From: Camelus ferus
Taxonomy: Eukaryota
DNA: 64,000 bases
Direction: 5' to 3'
Assembly (NCBI RefSeq): GCF_009834535.1
Contig: NC_045716.1
Span: 24,552,001 to 24,616,000, forward strand
The position numbers were made by a program, and so were the translations under genes. Of this stretch, positions 1 to 11,152 are shown piece after piece. Under the pieces are notes generated by a model. It saw nothing but the letters and a program-made list of their open reading frames with translations. It made no database searches and was not told the DNA's origin. Position 1 is the stretch's first letter. Every line of letters starts with the position of its first letter.

Positions 1-96
1 CTGCCAGCTGCCCGCAGGTAGTGGTGTTGAGCGCCGAGCCCCGGGAGCCGCGCTGGGTGAGGGGCTGCTGGTGGCGGCGCAGTCTCTCTAGGCGTT

Positions 97-3000
97 ATGA
101 GTTTGGCTGGGGGCCGGGCCCCCCGGAAGACTGCGGGGAATCGGCTTTCTGGGCTCCTGGAGGCAGAGGAGGAAGATGAGTTCTACCAGACGACTTATGG
201 GGGTTTCACAGAGGCAAGAGCCGGGCCCAAGAAGAGGGAGGGAAAGAAGCTAAAAGAAATCCCGAAGGGGGAAACCTCGGACAAAGAGGGGGCGGGGAAG
301 AGTGAGGAGCCCTGGTAGCTGATACTTGAGACGGGGTGGGTGAATCGGGGGGGTACACTGGAGTGCTATAAGGGAGAGCCCTGGATGGGGTTGGAGGGAT
401 CTGGAATGGAGAAGCTGTCCGGAGGCACCGCGGACTAAGGCTGAAACCTGTGTACTTCCCCAGGTGCATCTCTCACCGCAGTTCTGACGTCTAACATATG
501 CCAGGCACATCGTAGTCATGCGGTATATACACTCGTTGGCCCACTGCTTGTTCACTTTAAATATAGAAAGGAACCTCTCATAAAAATAGAGGGACTTAGC
601 CTACTTCTTTTAAACCTCATTGTAAATGTCTCTTAGAAAACCCTTGACTGTTCTAAAAAGTGGCCCCATTTATTTCGTTCATTAGATTTTGTTTGCTTAC
701 TTGCTTATACTTTCCTATTAGATTGCAACTTCTGTAAGGTTAGAGATGATCTGTTTTGTTCAGCTGTATATGTCCATATATCTCCATTGCCTAGCCCAGT
801 GTCTGGATTGGACTGGCATTTGTTAAGTTTGTATTGTTTGAATCTATGCTTTTTTTTTTTCGGGTAGAAGTAATTAGGTTTATTTATTTATTTTAAGTAG
901 TGGTACCGGGGATTGAACCCAGGATCTCATTCATCCACAGCTAAGCATGTGCTCTACCACTGAGCTATACCTTCCCCCTAAATCTATGCTTTCTTTAAAT
1001 GTGTTAAGCACCTAGAGCAAGCCAAGCATTATGATAGGTTCTAGGGAAACAGTACTAAAAACACTGCTTTGTCCTTACATATTCCATATCCCAGTGGGGA
1101 ACCAGCTGAGTTAACAGTTAAAAGATTGTGTGATAAGGAGTAAAATAAGTGGTAAGCATAGGGTGGTATGGTAACACGTGGATGCCAGAGTTGTTTGGGA
1201 TGAGCATCCCATGGGGGACATGATGTTTAAGCTGAGGACAGTATGGAGAGTAGGCCTTGGCTGGATGAAGAGCAGTAGGACTGGGAGGCGGGAGAGGAGG
1301 AAGGTTAGTCCAGCGAGGGGATGGGCCAGAACGTGTAAAGGCACTGAGATCCTGATCTGGGACCTGCACATCTACTTTCATTCTCCACATTGTGAAAGAA
1401 TAAAAGTTGGTAAGGCTGGAGGGAGAAGGCCTGGGATAGACCATGTAAGGCCTTGTGAGCCATGTTAAGGAGTTTTGCTCTTCATCCAGAGGACTGAAAA
1501 GACTCATCAAAGTTTCATGATCAGATTTTTACTTTAGAAGATCACTGTGTAATGAGGAAAGTGGTTCAAAGGAGGCAATGGGAGTAGAGAAACAGGGACA
1601 GGAGAGTTCAAGAGGAATTAAAGAAACAGAATCCACAGGACTTGGTGACTTGGAATCATTACTTACACAGCCCTAACCAATTAGTTTAAAATAGAACTTT
1701 CTCATCCCTACTCCAAAGGCCATTTTCCTATTTCTGTCATTTTACGAGTCGTTATTTAATATGTACCCTTCGTGCTTCCAAAAAGGGTTTAAGGAGGCTT
1801 ACGATATAAACAAAAAGTAGGAACAGTAAAAATAGAGACAGATCAGAAGTAATTGTACCAGGAGCCGCTGCTTAAATGGTAATGGCAATTGATATAAATT
1901 TAGCTGTGAGCTTCCCGGCAGCCAAACCTAGAATTTCTTTCTTTCTTTCTTTTTTAGTAAGAAAGAAGCATATAAGCTGTTTAAGACAGACAAACTTATT
2001 CAGCATTAAATCCTAGGGAGAATTGCCTTCTTATGTAAGATATGTAAAGTAATGGGTTTAGTAGATGATGTAAAAACATTCTCTTACCTAATCGTGTCTA
2101 TTAATGACCCTCAATAAAAGCCAAGGGAATGGAGTAAATCCGTAACTTAGTGAAAGCATTTCAATTGAGCTAATGTGTAGTTGAATTACCACCCTCTGAT
2201 GATATGACTTAATACCAACTAAGAGCTGAGGGGATTAATGTGTTCCCAAGCTGTCTTTCACAAACATCAGTTGGGAGGAAATGATGATCATCAGTGTAAG
2301 ACTGAATGCTGCCTGGCTTGGAGTGTCAACTGTCTGTTACTTGCTTGCTTTGGCAGCTCATATACCAAGATTAGCCCATTAGTCTCATCACTGATTGAAG
2401 AGAAAGCCACATGTTTGAGGTGCTGTCCTGCCTAGTAAACTCCCCTGCCCCCAAGTGTTCTTTTCCCTCTTTCCTTTCCAGTGGGGCTGCCATTTTAGCC
2501 CTAACCTGCCCTCAGCTCAGGGCTGTGCTGTATTCCTTACTCTCTACCCATCTAACCACCTCCAGAGCCTTCTGAAACACTCCTTGGACACAATTTTCCT
2601 CTCCTCTCAAACCTTCCATGGCTTCCCATTATACAGCAGTAACCAGCTTTTTCTGTCTCAACTCACCTGAGGAATGAAATGTATTTCTCAGTAACTTTGG
2701 ATTACCTCAATAGTGATTATCAGTGCTGAGACAAGTAAGGAGAGGGATAGGATTGAGAATCACAGGCCTGCAAGTCATAAGTTTATTAGCCTTTCATTTA
2801 AGTTTCTTTATAGATTGAATGCAACCTTCTTTTCAAATCTTATAGCCCTATAGGGAAATCAGTTAATGCTGGAAGGAGGCTGTGCTGGAGCCAAAGGCAG
2901 TCAGCTAGGAAGACTTCTTGCTAGAGATAAACTTGCTCCTTTACTTAGGTCTAAACCCTTATTCCATCAACATGCTATACACATTCCTTCTTCTGCACCT

Positions 3001-6000
3001 TTGTTTCTGCTATTTAATCTGCCCAGGATTCCCTCTTGGCTGTTTAAATACTGCCAATATTTTGAACCACGGCTCAAGTCCTCTTCATTCTTTAGAGTCT
3101 AAAGCAGGGTTTAGTAAACTACAGCCTACAACCTGCTGGCTGAGTCTGGCCCGCTACCTATTTTAACCTGGCCCCTTACAGAAAAAAGTTTGCCAACCCC
3201 TGGTCTAAAGTTTCGGCCTTCTCAGGCCACCAGTCCATAGCAAGTGTGCCTTCCTCAGAACACCTGTAACATTTTATTGCCATTTGGTACTTTATGTGCT
3301 GCCTTGTATTAAAACTCCCTTTTATAGTTATGTCCTGTCCTCACTAGACTGTAAGACCCCTGAAGGTAGAGACCAAACCATATCTTTTTGTACCCCAGCA
3401 CTCAACACAGTGTGCTACAGGTAAAGGGCAATCAGTAAATGTTGGAAGGGGTACTGGAGCCAAAGTCCATCAACTAGAAAAGCTTCTTGCCTGAGGAAAA
3501 TGAAAGGCTAGGCTGGGCTGGGAAGGAGAGTGGGGTGGCCCTCATCAAGAAGCAAAGATATTCTGTTCCTCCTGGAGGGACATTAATGACTCAGATGCCC
3601 ACAAGAACCTCATCTCCCTATGTCCTCAGGAATCAGGAGACGATGAGTATCAAGGGAGACCAGTCAGACACAGAGGATGAGGTGGACTCTGACTTTGACA
3701 TCGACGAAGGGGATGAACCATCCAGTGATGGAGAAGCAGAAGAGCCAAGAAGGAAGCGCCGAGTCATCACCAAAGCATATAAGGTGCATGCAGGGGAGCC
3801 CTGGTTTTCTTGGATTTCCTTAATTCCTTTTCTCCCTTTCATCTCAGTACTCCCCACACCAGTCCCATTTCTGGCAGTGCTGGTTTTGTCTTCCTAAGAT
3901 CGTTATCATCTTTCTCCTATTTCTGCTGTTCCCTGGTGTCTGATTCCAATCTGTCCCTAGGAGCCTCTCAAGAGCTTGAGGCCTCGAAAGGTCAGTACCC
4001 CTGCTGGTAGCTCTCAGAAGACACGAGAAGAGAAGGCCCTGCTCCCACTAGAACTACAGGATGATGGCTCTGACAGTGAGTAGGGATGTTTGGGTCAATT
4101 GGCAAAATTGAAATATGATGATAAAGTGTCAGTGTTAAATTTACTGAAATTGATAATTGTACTGTGGTTATCTAAGGAAAGTCCTTATTTTTAGGAAATA
4201 ATTCACCAAATATTTAGGGGAAGAGAACCATGATGTGTGCAGCTTAACTCAGATTATTCAGAAAACAAATACACACAGAATGCAAATAGGGTCAGATGTT
4301 AACAGGTGATCTGGTAAAGGATACATGGATGTTTTTTGTAATAGTCTTGCAACTTTTTTTATAAGTTTGCAATGATTTCCAGATAAAAAGTTTTAAGATT
4401 TAAAAAAAAAAAGTAAAGGAGGTGGACATGAATTCAAAGATCTCTTCCTCTCTGACTTCCTTCCCAGGTCGGAAGTCCATGCGTCAGTCTACAGCTGAGC
4501 ATACACGACAAACATTCCTTCGGGTACAAGAGAGGCAGGGCCAGTCACGGCGGCGAAAGGGGCCCCACTGTGAGCGGCCACTCACCCAAGAGGAGCTGCT
4601 CAGGGAGGCCAAGATCACAGAGGAGCTCAACTTACGTTCACTGGGTCAGTCTGGTTTTGAGAACAGTGGGTAGAGGGACTGAGGAACATGAGAAAAACAG
4701 ACCTGGGGGACCCAAAGAACTGGAAAGATGGAGATTCAAGACAAGGGAATCAGAAGAAATGAGAAGAGTACGCAATTATGAGCAAGGAAATAAGCAGTTA
4801 TGAGGGCTCTTCAGAACAAGTTGTATCAAAGGACTTTGGTGTAAAATAAGAATTATATAGAACTGAGTTCAAATCCTAATTCAATTGCTGTAAGACTGCA
4901 GGCAAATTACTCACAACCTACTTGCATCTTTCTTTCCTTGTTCACAAAATGAGGTGATAATGCCTACTTTGGTGATCATGAGAATTAGAAATTCAGTAGA
5001 ATCAGTTCACGAGAGACATAGCTTTAAAGTAAAAATGCTTTAGAATACCCAGTTCACATGCTATTGGGCACAAGTCATGTATGGTAATATACTGTACAAA
5101 AAGAGATTTCTGTAAAAGGCAGTGAGAATTTTCAGACCATGAGAGGTGTATGAGAAATTGTGGGAATAGCAGATTTCACACCTCCCATCACATGCTCACG
5201 CTGGGGCATACTTTCATTGAGTGAAATGACAGGTGGACTCCTCTACAGTATTTGGTGTGTTATTTCTCTCTCTCACTCACTCTCTCTTTGAAACTCCCTT
5301 TTTTGACCAAACATATGTAATTGAACATCTATAACCCAAATGTGATTTCACTGTGGAGTGGAAGATTGTTTACCCAGAATATCTGGGACACAACTCATTT
5401 CAATTTAGTGATAGTTTTAAAATTTAGATACCTTAACTCCAAAAGACTACAGTGATTAAGAAAAGATTTAGTTCATTTCCAACATTTTCAGGATGTATTC
5501 TTGTGATTTTTTTTTTCCCATTATGTTGGCTTTAAAATGGGAAACATCTCTATCTGTATAATGGCAATTTAGTGCTTTAAAACATAAGTATCTTTCAAAA
5601 CATGTAATGACTGAGAGTCATCACAAATAATGAGGTCACTTGATGTCACTGTGATTACAACCTGCATCCTTTGACCTCATTGATGGTTTCAGGCCACTGT
5701 AAAGAGAGTGATTCCCAGGCTTCTGACATCAGAAATCCTGGAGGGGCATGTTTGACAGGGGAAAAAATAATAAGTTTCTATTTTTTAATATGTTGGATTT
5801 GAGGTATCTATGAGCAATTCATGCAGGGCTGAGAAATCAGTTAAATATACAGATCTGGTGCTCGGACAAGATACCTGGGCTAGAAATATAAATTTGGAAG
5901 TTTTTTGTTTTTTTTAAATTAAATTTACTTTTCTTAAATGGAGGTACTGGGGATTGAACCCAGGACACTGGGCATACAGAGCATGCACGCTACTACCCTC

Positions 6001-9000
6001 CCCCCTGGAAGTTTTAGAATATGGGTAGTAATTGACATTAGAGTGGATCAGATCACCCAGGGAGAAAGCATAGAGGGAGAAGAGTAGGCAGAGGCTCAAG
6101 AGGGTCCTGCAGACACTAAAATATAATGGTCTCATACAAGAGGAGTGTAGAAAAGAGTCTGAGGAGTGGCCAGAGAGTTGGGAACTCCAGGAGAATTTGT
6201 CCTAGGAATGCTAAGGAAAGAGAATGTTTCAAGACAGAGTAACTGGTGAGTGCAGCTGAAACACCAGTAAAGAAAACTGACAGGTGTCCATTGGTTTTGG
6301 TGACATGGATGTCAGAGATGACTTGAGGGAGCACTTTTTGGGGACCATGCCATTTGGAAGTTGGTTCGGAAGCCAAACTTTAAATATCTGACTATGAAGG
6401 AGAGGGAATAGGGCAGTCTGGGGTCAAGGTAGAGTTTGTCCTTGTTTTGTTTTATTCAAAGATTCGGGAGACTATTTTTGGTAAGATGCAATTGAGTTTA
6501 AAGATGGAGAAGAAACAAGGATAGTTGGTAGTGTAGGATCTTAGAGAAGTGGGAGATGGGGGTGGGAGCTAGAGCACAGGTGGAGGAATTGGCCTAAGTT
6601 AAGAGGCAGGAGGGAGGTTGGCCCATAGTCATATGTTTGTAAACCCAGAGCAGGACAGAGCAGTAGTTCTCATCTGATGTCTTTTTAGGCCCTGTCATCT
6701 GTCAGGTGTTGGAGATAGAGTTGGAAGCTTGAGGAGCATGAAGACTGTTTGAAATAGTTGTTGAGATAGGATTAGCTGCTGATGTTGGCACGTCTGTTGA
6801 AGTTTGGAACCATGAATTGATGGTGGTTCCGCTCTTCCCACTGTGTAACTTTTCTCCAGCAGCACTCGGCAGTGCAGGTCTTGACGAGGGAGTTTAGGTC
6901 GACAGGAGAATGCCTGATAGCTTGAGGAACCTAAGCTCAATTTAAAAAGGAAAATGAGGGCTGGAAGGGCTGATAGGTAGAATGAGGAGATACCCACGTA
7001 CTACAAGTACTGAAGAACCAGAGAACAGAGGTGTCTAGAGCAGTGGAGCAAAGACACTTGAGGTGTGGGCTTCACTTGACAATACGACACAGGCACATCC
7101 TCCATCAGACGGCCGCAGGGAGAGTGGTGGCCTCTGTGGATGACAGGTTTCCAGTAAGACAAGTTTTGGAAGGAATGCTGAGTGAGGAACTTGAGCAAAT
7201 AGATGAGTTGGCTGATTATAGAGCAAGAGTTCCAGAGGGTACAGGGAAATGTTCGAGAGAAGGGTTGGAAGGTCGGCTCAAGGGAAAGAAAGCAGTATTA
7301 CCAGCCAGAATTCAAGTATAAAAGAGGTTAAATGGTTGGTGGGGGTTGGGGTGAGCTATTTCCAGAGGACTCACCTGGTCAGACTTTATCTAGAGGTTTT
7401 CATGGTACCCACATTTAAGGAGGACACAGAAATTTGGAGTTCATTCAGAGAAAAGGGACCAGGAATATTTTGGTCTGTTAATGCATTAACAAATCTTTAT
7501 CGAGTGTTGGTAACATGTGGAACTCTGTGTGACCCTGGTATTACGTAGGTAATATGAGTCACAGCCACTGCCCTAAAGGAAGAGACATATATATCAACGA
7601 TGAGCTGCCATAGAGCAGTGTCACAGGGGCCAGCCGGAGGGACGGTGGTGCATCAGAGAGGAGTGCCTGAAAGGAGGAGCAGCTACTCAGCTCTGCTAAT
7701 TGTTGCCATGTGAGGATGCAGACACAGGGTTGCCAGATTTTCTTCTTATTTTTTAAGAGGGACCAGAAATCTCTATATTTAAATATAATTTCCTAACTTT
7801 TAAATGTCAGCAACTTACTCAAATTTTTCTTCAAAACGTTATACAGATGAAGCAAGACACATAAGGAGGCTGCCATCCTGCAGCTTCTGCTGTGGACTGT
7901 GATAAGTACAGGAATAGAAGAGTGTCCCAGGCCCAGGGTGGCAGAGGGAGGGAGGGACTCAGAACCATGTGGTGTGAGGAAGGGGTGTTGTGATCAGCAT
8001 GGAGAGAGGAGAACACTAATTTCATCTATTTAAAGGACTGCCATGTGGAGACACGTTAGACGTGTGTCCTTTATAGCCTTAAAGGTAAAACTGTCAGCAG
8101 GAAGTGTGTTTCAGCTCAGAGTGGGAAAGAACTCTGTAATGACTGGAGGTGCGTGAAAGTGCAGTGTGCTGCCTTGGATGGAGCAAGCTGAAGGGCAGTA
8201 ACGGAGGAGTCTGGGGAAATGAGTAACTCCTCATCAAAGGGTTCCTTTCAGCTCTGAAGTCCTGCAGTTCTGAGTGGGTGAGGAACCAGGTGGACTTAAG
8301 AAATGATGAGCAGAGAGGATGTCAGGAGAGGCAAGCAGAACACTTATGAAATGGGAGATGCTCGAGGGCCACAGAGGACTTTGATAATTGGCTGGGGTGG
8401 GCAGTGACTAGACAGCCATTAAGATGAGAGACTGAACGACAGAACTGGGGTGTGGGAAGAGGGAAACTGACCATCCCCTCTGCCTTCCTCTGATCCTAAA
8501 GAGACATATGAGCGGCTCGAGGCTGACAAAAAGAAGCAGGTCCACAAGAAGCGGAGGTGCCCTGGGCCCATAATCACCTACCACTCAGTGACAGTGCCAC
8601 TTGTCGGGGAGCCTGGCCCTAGAGAAGAGAATGTGGACGTGGAAGGGTGAGTGACTCTCGAGGGGAGAGAGCAGAGCAGTCTCTCCCTCTGTGTACAGCT
8701 CGTGCCCCCTCGGCCCCACTTCACTTGGGTTCCCACACAACTTGGGTGTCAGATTCCTCTTCCCCACGGCTCCTTAGTTCTTTCTCTTGTAGCCTCTGTC
8801 TTCTTTTCTGTTTTCCCATCCAGCCCAGCTTTGTTTTGTCCTATCACTTAATAGACTCTCTCAGGACATTGCATCTACTGCCACCTTCTCTTTCCTAACC
8901 TCTCTGATCTCTTTATCTGTGGTTTTCTCTTCTCAGTTCTTTGTGTTTTTCTCTGTCTTCTCCCTCAGACTTGATCCTGCTCCCACGGCTTCTGCATTGA

Positions 9001-9356
9001 CTCCCCGTGCTGGGACTGGACCCGTCATCCCTCCTGCTCGCTGCTCACGTACCTTCATCACTTTCAGTGACGATGCGACATTTGAGGAGTGGTTTCCCCA
9101 GGGGCGGCCCCCAAAGGTCCCTGTTCGGGAGGTCTGCCCAGTGACCCATCGCCCAGCGCTATACCGGGACCCTGTTACAGACATACCCTATGCCACTGCT
9201 CGAGCCTTCAAGATCATCCGTGAGGCCTACAAGAAGTACATCACTGCCCACGGACTGCCACCCACTGCCTCAGCCCTCGGCCCTGGCCCGCCACCTCCTG
9301 AGCCCCTCCCTGGCTCTGGGCCCCGAGCTTTGCGCCAGAAAATTGTCATCAAATGA
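97..9356 (+). CDS. VPS72: Vacuolar protein sorting 72 homolog (YL1; H2A.Z chaperone, SRCAP/TIP60 subunit), 6 coding exons, with an apparent 1-nt insertion in exon 2
   Basis: Exons 97-213, 3630-3783, 3961-4075, 4468-4644, 8502-8646, 8969-9356. They translate to MSLAGGRAPRKTAGNRL...EFYQTTYGGFTE / DQSDTEDEVDSDFD / ...CPVTHRPALYRDPVTDIPY...RQKIVIK*. Intron 1 has a GC donor; the rest are GT-AG. Total is 1096 nt, one more than 365 codons; the extra G lies at 3654-3656. Confidence 0.96.
853..979 (-). mobile_element. tRNA-derived camelid SINE (Vic-1-like)
   Basis: Reverse complement gives GGGGGAAGGTATAGCTCAGTGGTAGAGCAC...GGGTTCAATCCCCGGTACC plus an A-rich tail. TSD AATCTATGCTTT at 841-852 and 981-992. 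Confidence 0.9.
1040..1650 (-). mobile_element. L2 fragment
   Basis: GGCCTTGTGAGCCATGTTAAGGAGTTTTG...GATCAGATTTTTACTTTAGAAGATCACT is antisense L2. Confidence 0.55.
3105..3202. mobile_element. hAT-Charlie MITE (MER58-like, internally deleted)
   Basis: TIRs CAGGGTTTAGTAAACT / AGTTTGCCAACCCCTG and a perfect 8-bp TSD GTCTAAAG at 3097-3104 and 3203-3210. Confidence 0.85.
4105..4400 (+). mobile_element. Old L1 (L1MC-like) 3' end fragment in VPS72 intron 3
   Basis: ...GATAATTGTACTGTGGTTATCTAAGG...TCTTGCAACTTTTTTTATAAGTTTG...ATTTCCAGATAAAAAGTT is typical of an L1MC 3' end. Confidence 0.6.
5905..6005 (-). mobile_element. Vic-1-like SINE with internal deletion
   Basis: B-box GGTTCAATCCCCAGTACCTCC on -. 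TSD TGGAAGTTTT at 5895-5904 and 6006-6015. Confidence 0.85.
7960..8275 (+). mobile_element. CR1/L3 3' end remnant
   Basis: Ends ...TCAAAGGGTTCCTTTCAGCTCTGAAGTCCTGCAGTTCT, resembling a CR1 3' terminus. Confidence 0.5.
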
Positions 9357-9529
9357 AGGGATGTCTAGTCCTTAGGAAGCTCTTTCCTACCCTGACTCGG
9401 GGCTCTGAATGTTCCCTCTCTCCTGGCTTCTCCCCTTTGTCATGGCTGATCTTTGCCCAGCCCTTGCCTGTATCTCTTTCCTCATCTTTCCCCCTGGTTC
9501 CTACTGCTTTTGTTTGTGTTTTTTAATCT

Positions 9530-9535
9530 AATAAA
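9530..9535 (+). terminator. VPS72 polyadenylation signal
   Basis: AATAAA about 175 nt after the stop codon, followed by GT/T-rich sequence. Confidence 0.7.
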
Positions 9536-9911
9536 ATGGAAGGATCCCTTTTGTCTGGTGCCTAATGTAGGGTTGGAAGAAGTATTTGTGGGTGTCTGAG
9601 TATATATATAGGTCTTTCTGTTTGTTTAATAGCATTTATTATGAGTTGCCCTTTTCAAATTGTATTCATTCCTCCAACTAGTTTATAAACACCTTAAAAT
9701 TAGACACCAAAACAAAATCCTTATACTCACCTTTATATCTCCTTAAAGGCACTGCCTTGAATATAGCAGGCACCAAATAGGAACTATGTGATTCTCACGG
9801 AAGTCCAGTTTCTCTGGCTCAGGCTCGTGTGAAGGGGAGCAGGTGCCATAACTGCTAGTGGCCACTAGAGGCTCTCAGGGGAGGGCAGGGTATGGGGGCT
9901 GTATACGTGAT

Positions 9912-9940
9912 CCCCCACTACCCCCCACTACCCCCCACCT
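9912..9940. repeat. (CCCCCCACTA)x~3 short tandem repeat in the TMOD4 promoter region
   Basis: CCCCCACTA CCCCCCACTA CCCCCCACCT. Confidence 0.8.
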
Positions 9941-9989
9941 GGCCAGAGCTAAAATAATAAAATGCTGAGCTCACCGTTCCCCCACCCTC

Positions 9990-10065
9990 TCCCCTGGCAC
10001 CCAGCTCCTGCTGCTGCTGAGATAGTGCTCCAGTAGAACAGAAAGACCGACTGATAGAAGGGGAG
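9990..10065 (+). other. TMOD4: Probable non-coding exon 1 of TMOD4 (start approximate)
   Basis: Donor GAG|GTGAGA at 10065/10066 upstream of acceptor CCCCAG|GCTCC at 11110/11111, with an AT-rich TATA-like stretch at 9949-9962. TSS is inferred. Confidence 0.45.
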
Positions 10066-11152
10066 GTGAGAAGGGAAGTGGCCACCAGGACTGGTAGGTG
10101 GGGAGGGCGGGGGGCTTACGGATCAGAGCCTGCTGGGAGGTGGGAGATGGGAGGAGAAAAGCGGCTCCTAGCAGGAATGATCTGGAGGGTGTCTCTGTCT
10201 CTGTCACTCGGTGTGTTTCTGCCGCTGTCTGTCCTTTCCCTTAACTGTAGTTTAGATTGTCAATGTAAGTATCTCGCACATTTTCTGGATCTTTCATATT
10301 TAGCATGGTGTGTATCGGTGGCTTGTGTGTATTTTTCATATTGTAAAAGATGTACAAGTTTAATCCTTTCACTGTTTTTAGAGAAACTTTATCCCATTTG
10401 GAAGGCATTTCCAACCCATTGGGCTGTCACTTTCCCATCCAAAGCCTGGGACAAATTATGGGAACTCAGGACCTTCTCCTAAGATCCTTCCCCCAACCTG
10501 GAAGTCCTCCAGCTCCTCTAAGCCCTTGCTTTCCCTTAGGATTTAGAATTTTAGGAAACGTAGAAACTGAAATCTTAATCCTCCACAATAAAAGAGGAAA
10601 TGTGGGTGGGGTAAAAGCACTGTCTTTCTCCCCTCCCACCCCAATCCTCCTTGCTTTCTTAAACCAGTTTAGGAAAAAAGACTGGATTATGGGGAAAAGG
10701 GGAGGAATTTCTCTGAAGCTCTCTGCCTTTCTCCCTTCCTTTCAATAGGAACCGGGCTTGGGGCCAGCTGTGTTGGCAGGGCTTCCGGCAGCTGTGCTAG
10801 GGCAAGAGGCACCGACAGGCGAGGTGACAGGGGAGGGGTGCTGCCAGGATCTCTCTGTCATACAGTGGGAAGGCAAGTTCAGCCTGGATGCCTGGGATCC
10901 CGGTCTAGAGTGGCTAGAAGCTATGGAAGCAGGAAGGAGGCTCTGGTTCTAACTAAACAACCTAACCTTCCCCTGTCTTCCAATGCCCAACTCGATCTCC
11001 ACCCTCCAAGGCAACCAGTTTATTGTTCTGCCCCTGGCTTGTCTCATTGTGTTCCTACTGTGTCCATGTACATCTTTTGACTGTCCAACCACTTTCCCCA
11101 TGTACCCCAGGCTCCGTGAGTGCCACACAGTGGGGAGGGGGTGGGGGCCACC

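Noticed and set aside
853-979. tRNA-like A/B boxes here and in seven other places
   Set aside because: No cloverleaf or acceptor stem; A-rich tails and TSDs identify them as SINEs, not tRNA genes.
9949-9962. CTAAAATAAT as a MEF2 site in the TMOD4 promoter
   Set aside because: One base short of YTA(A/T)4TAR; kept only as a TATA-like element.
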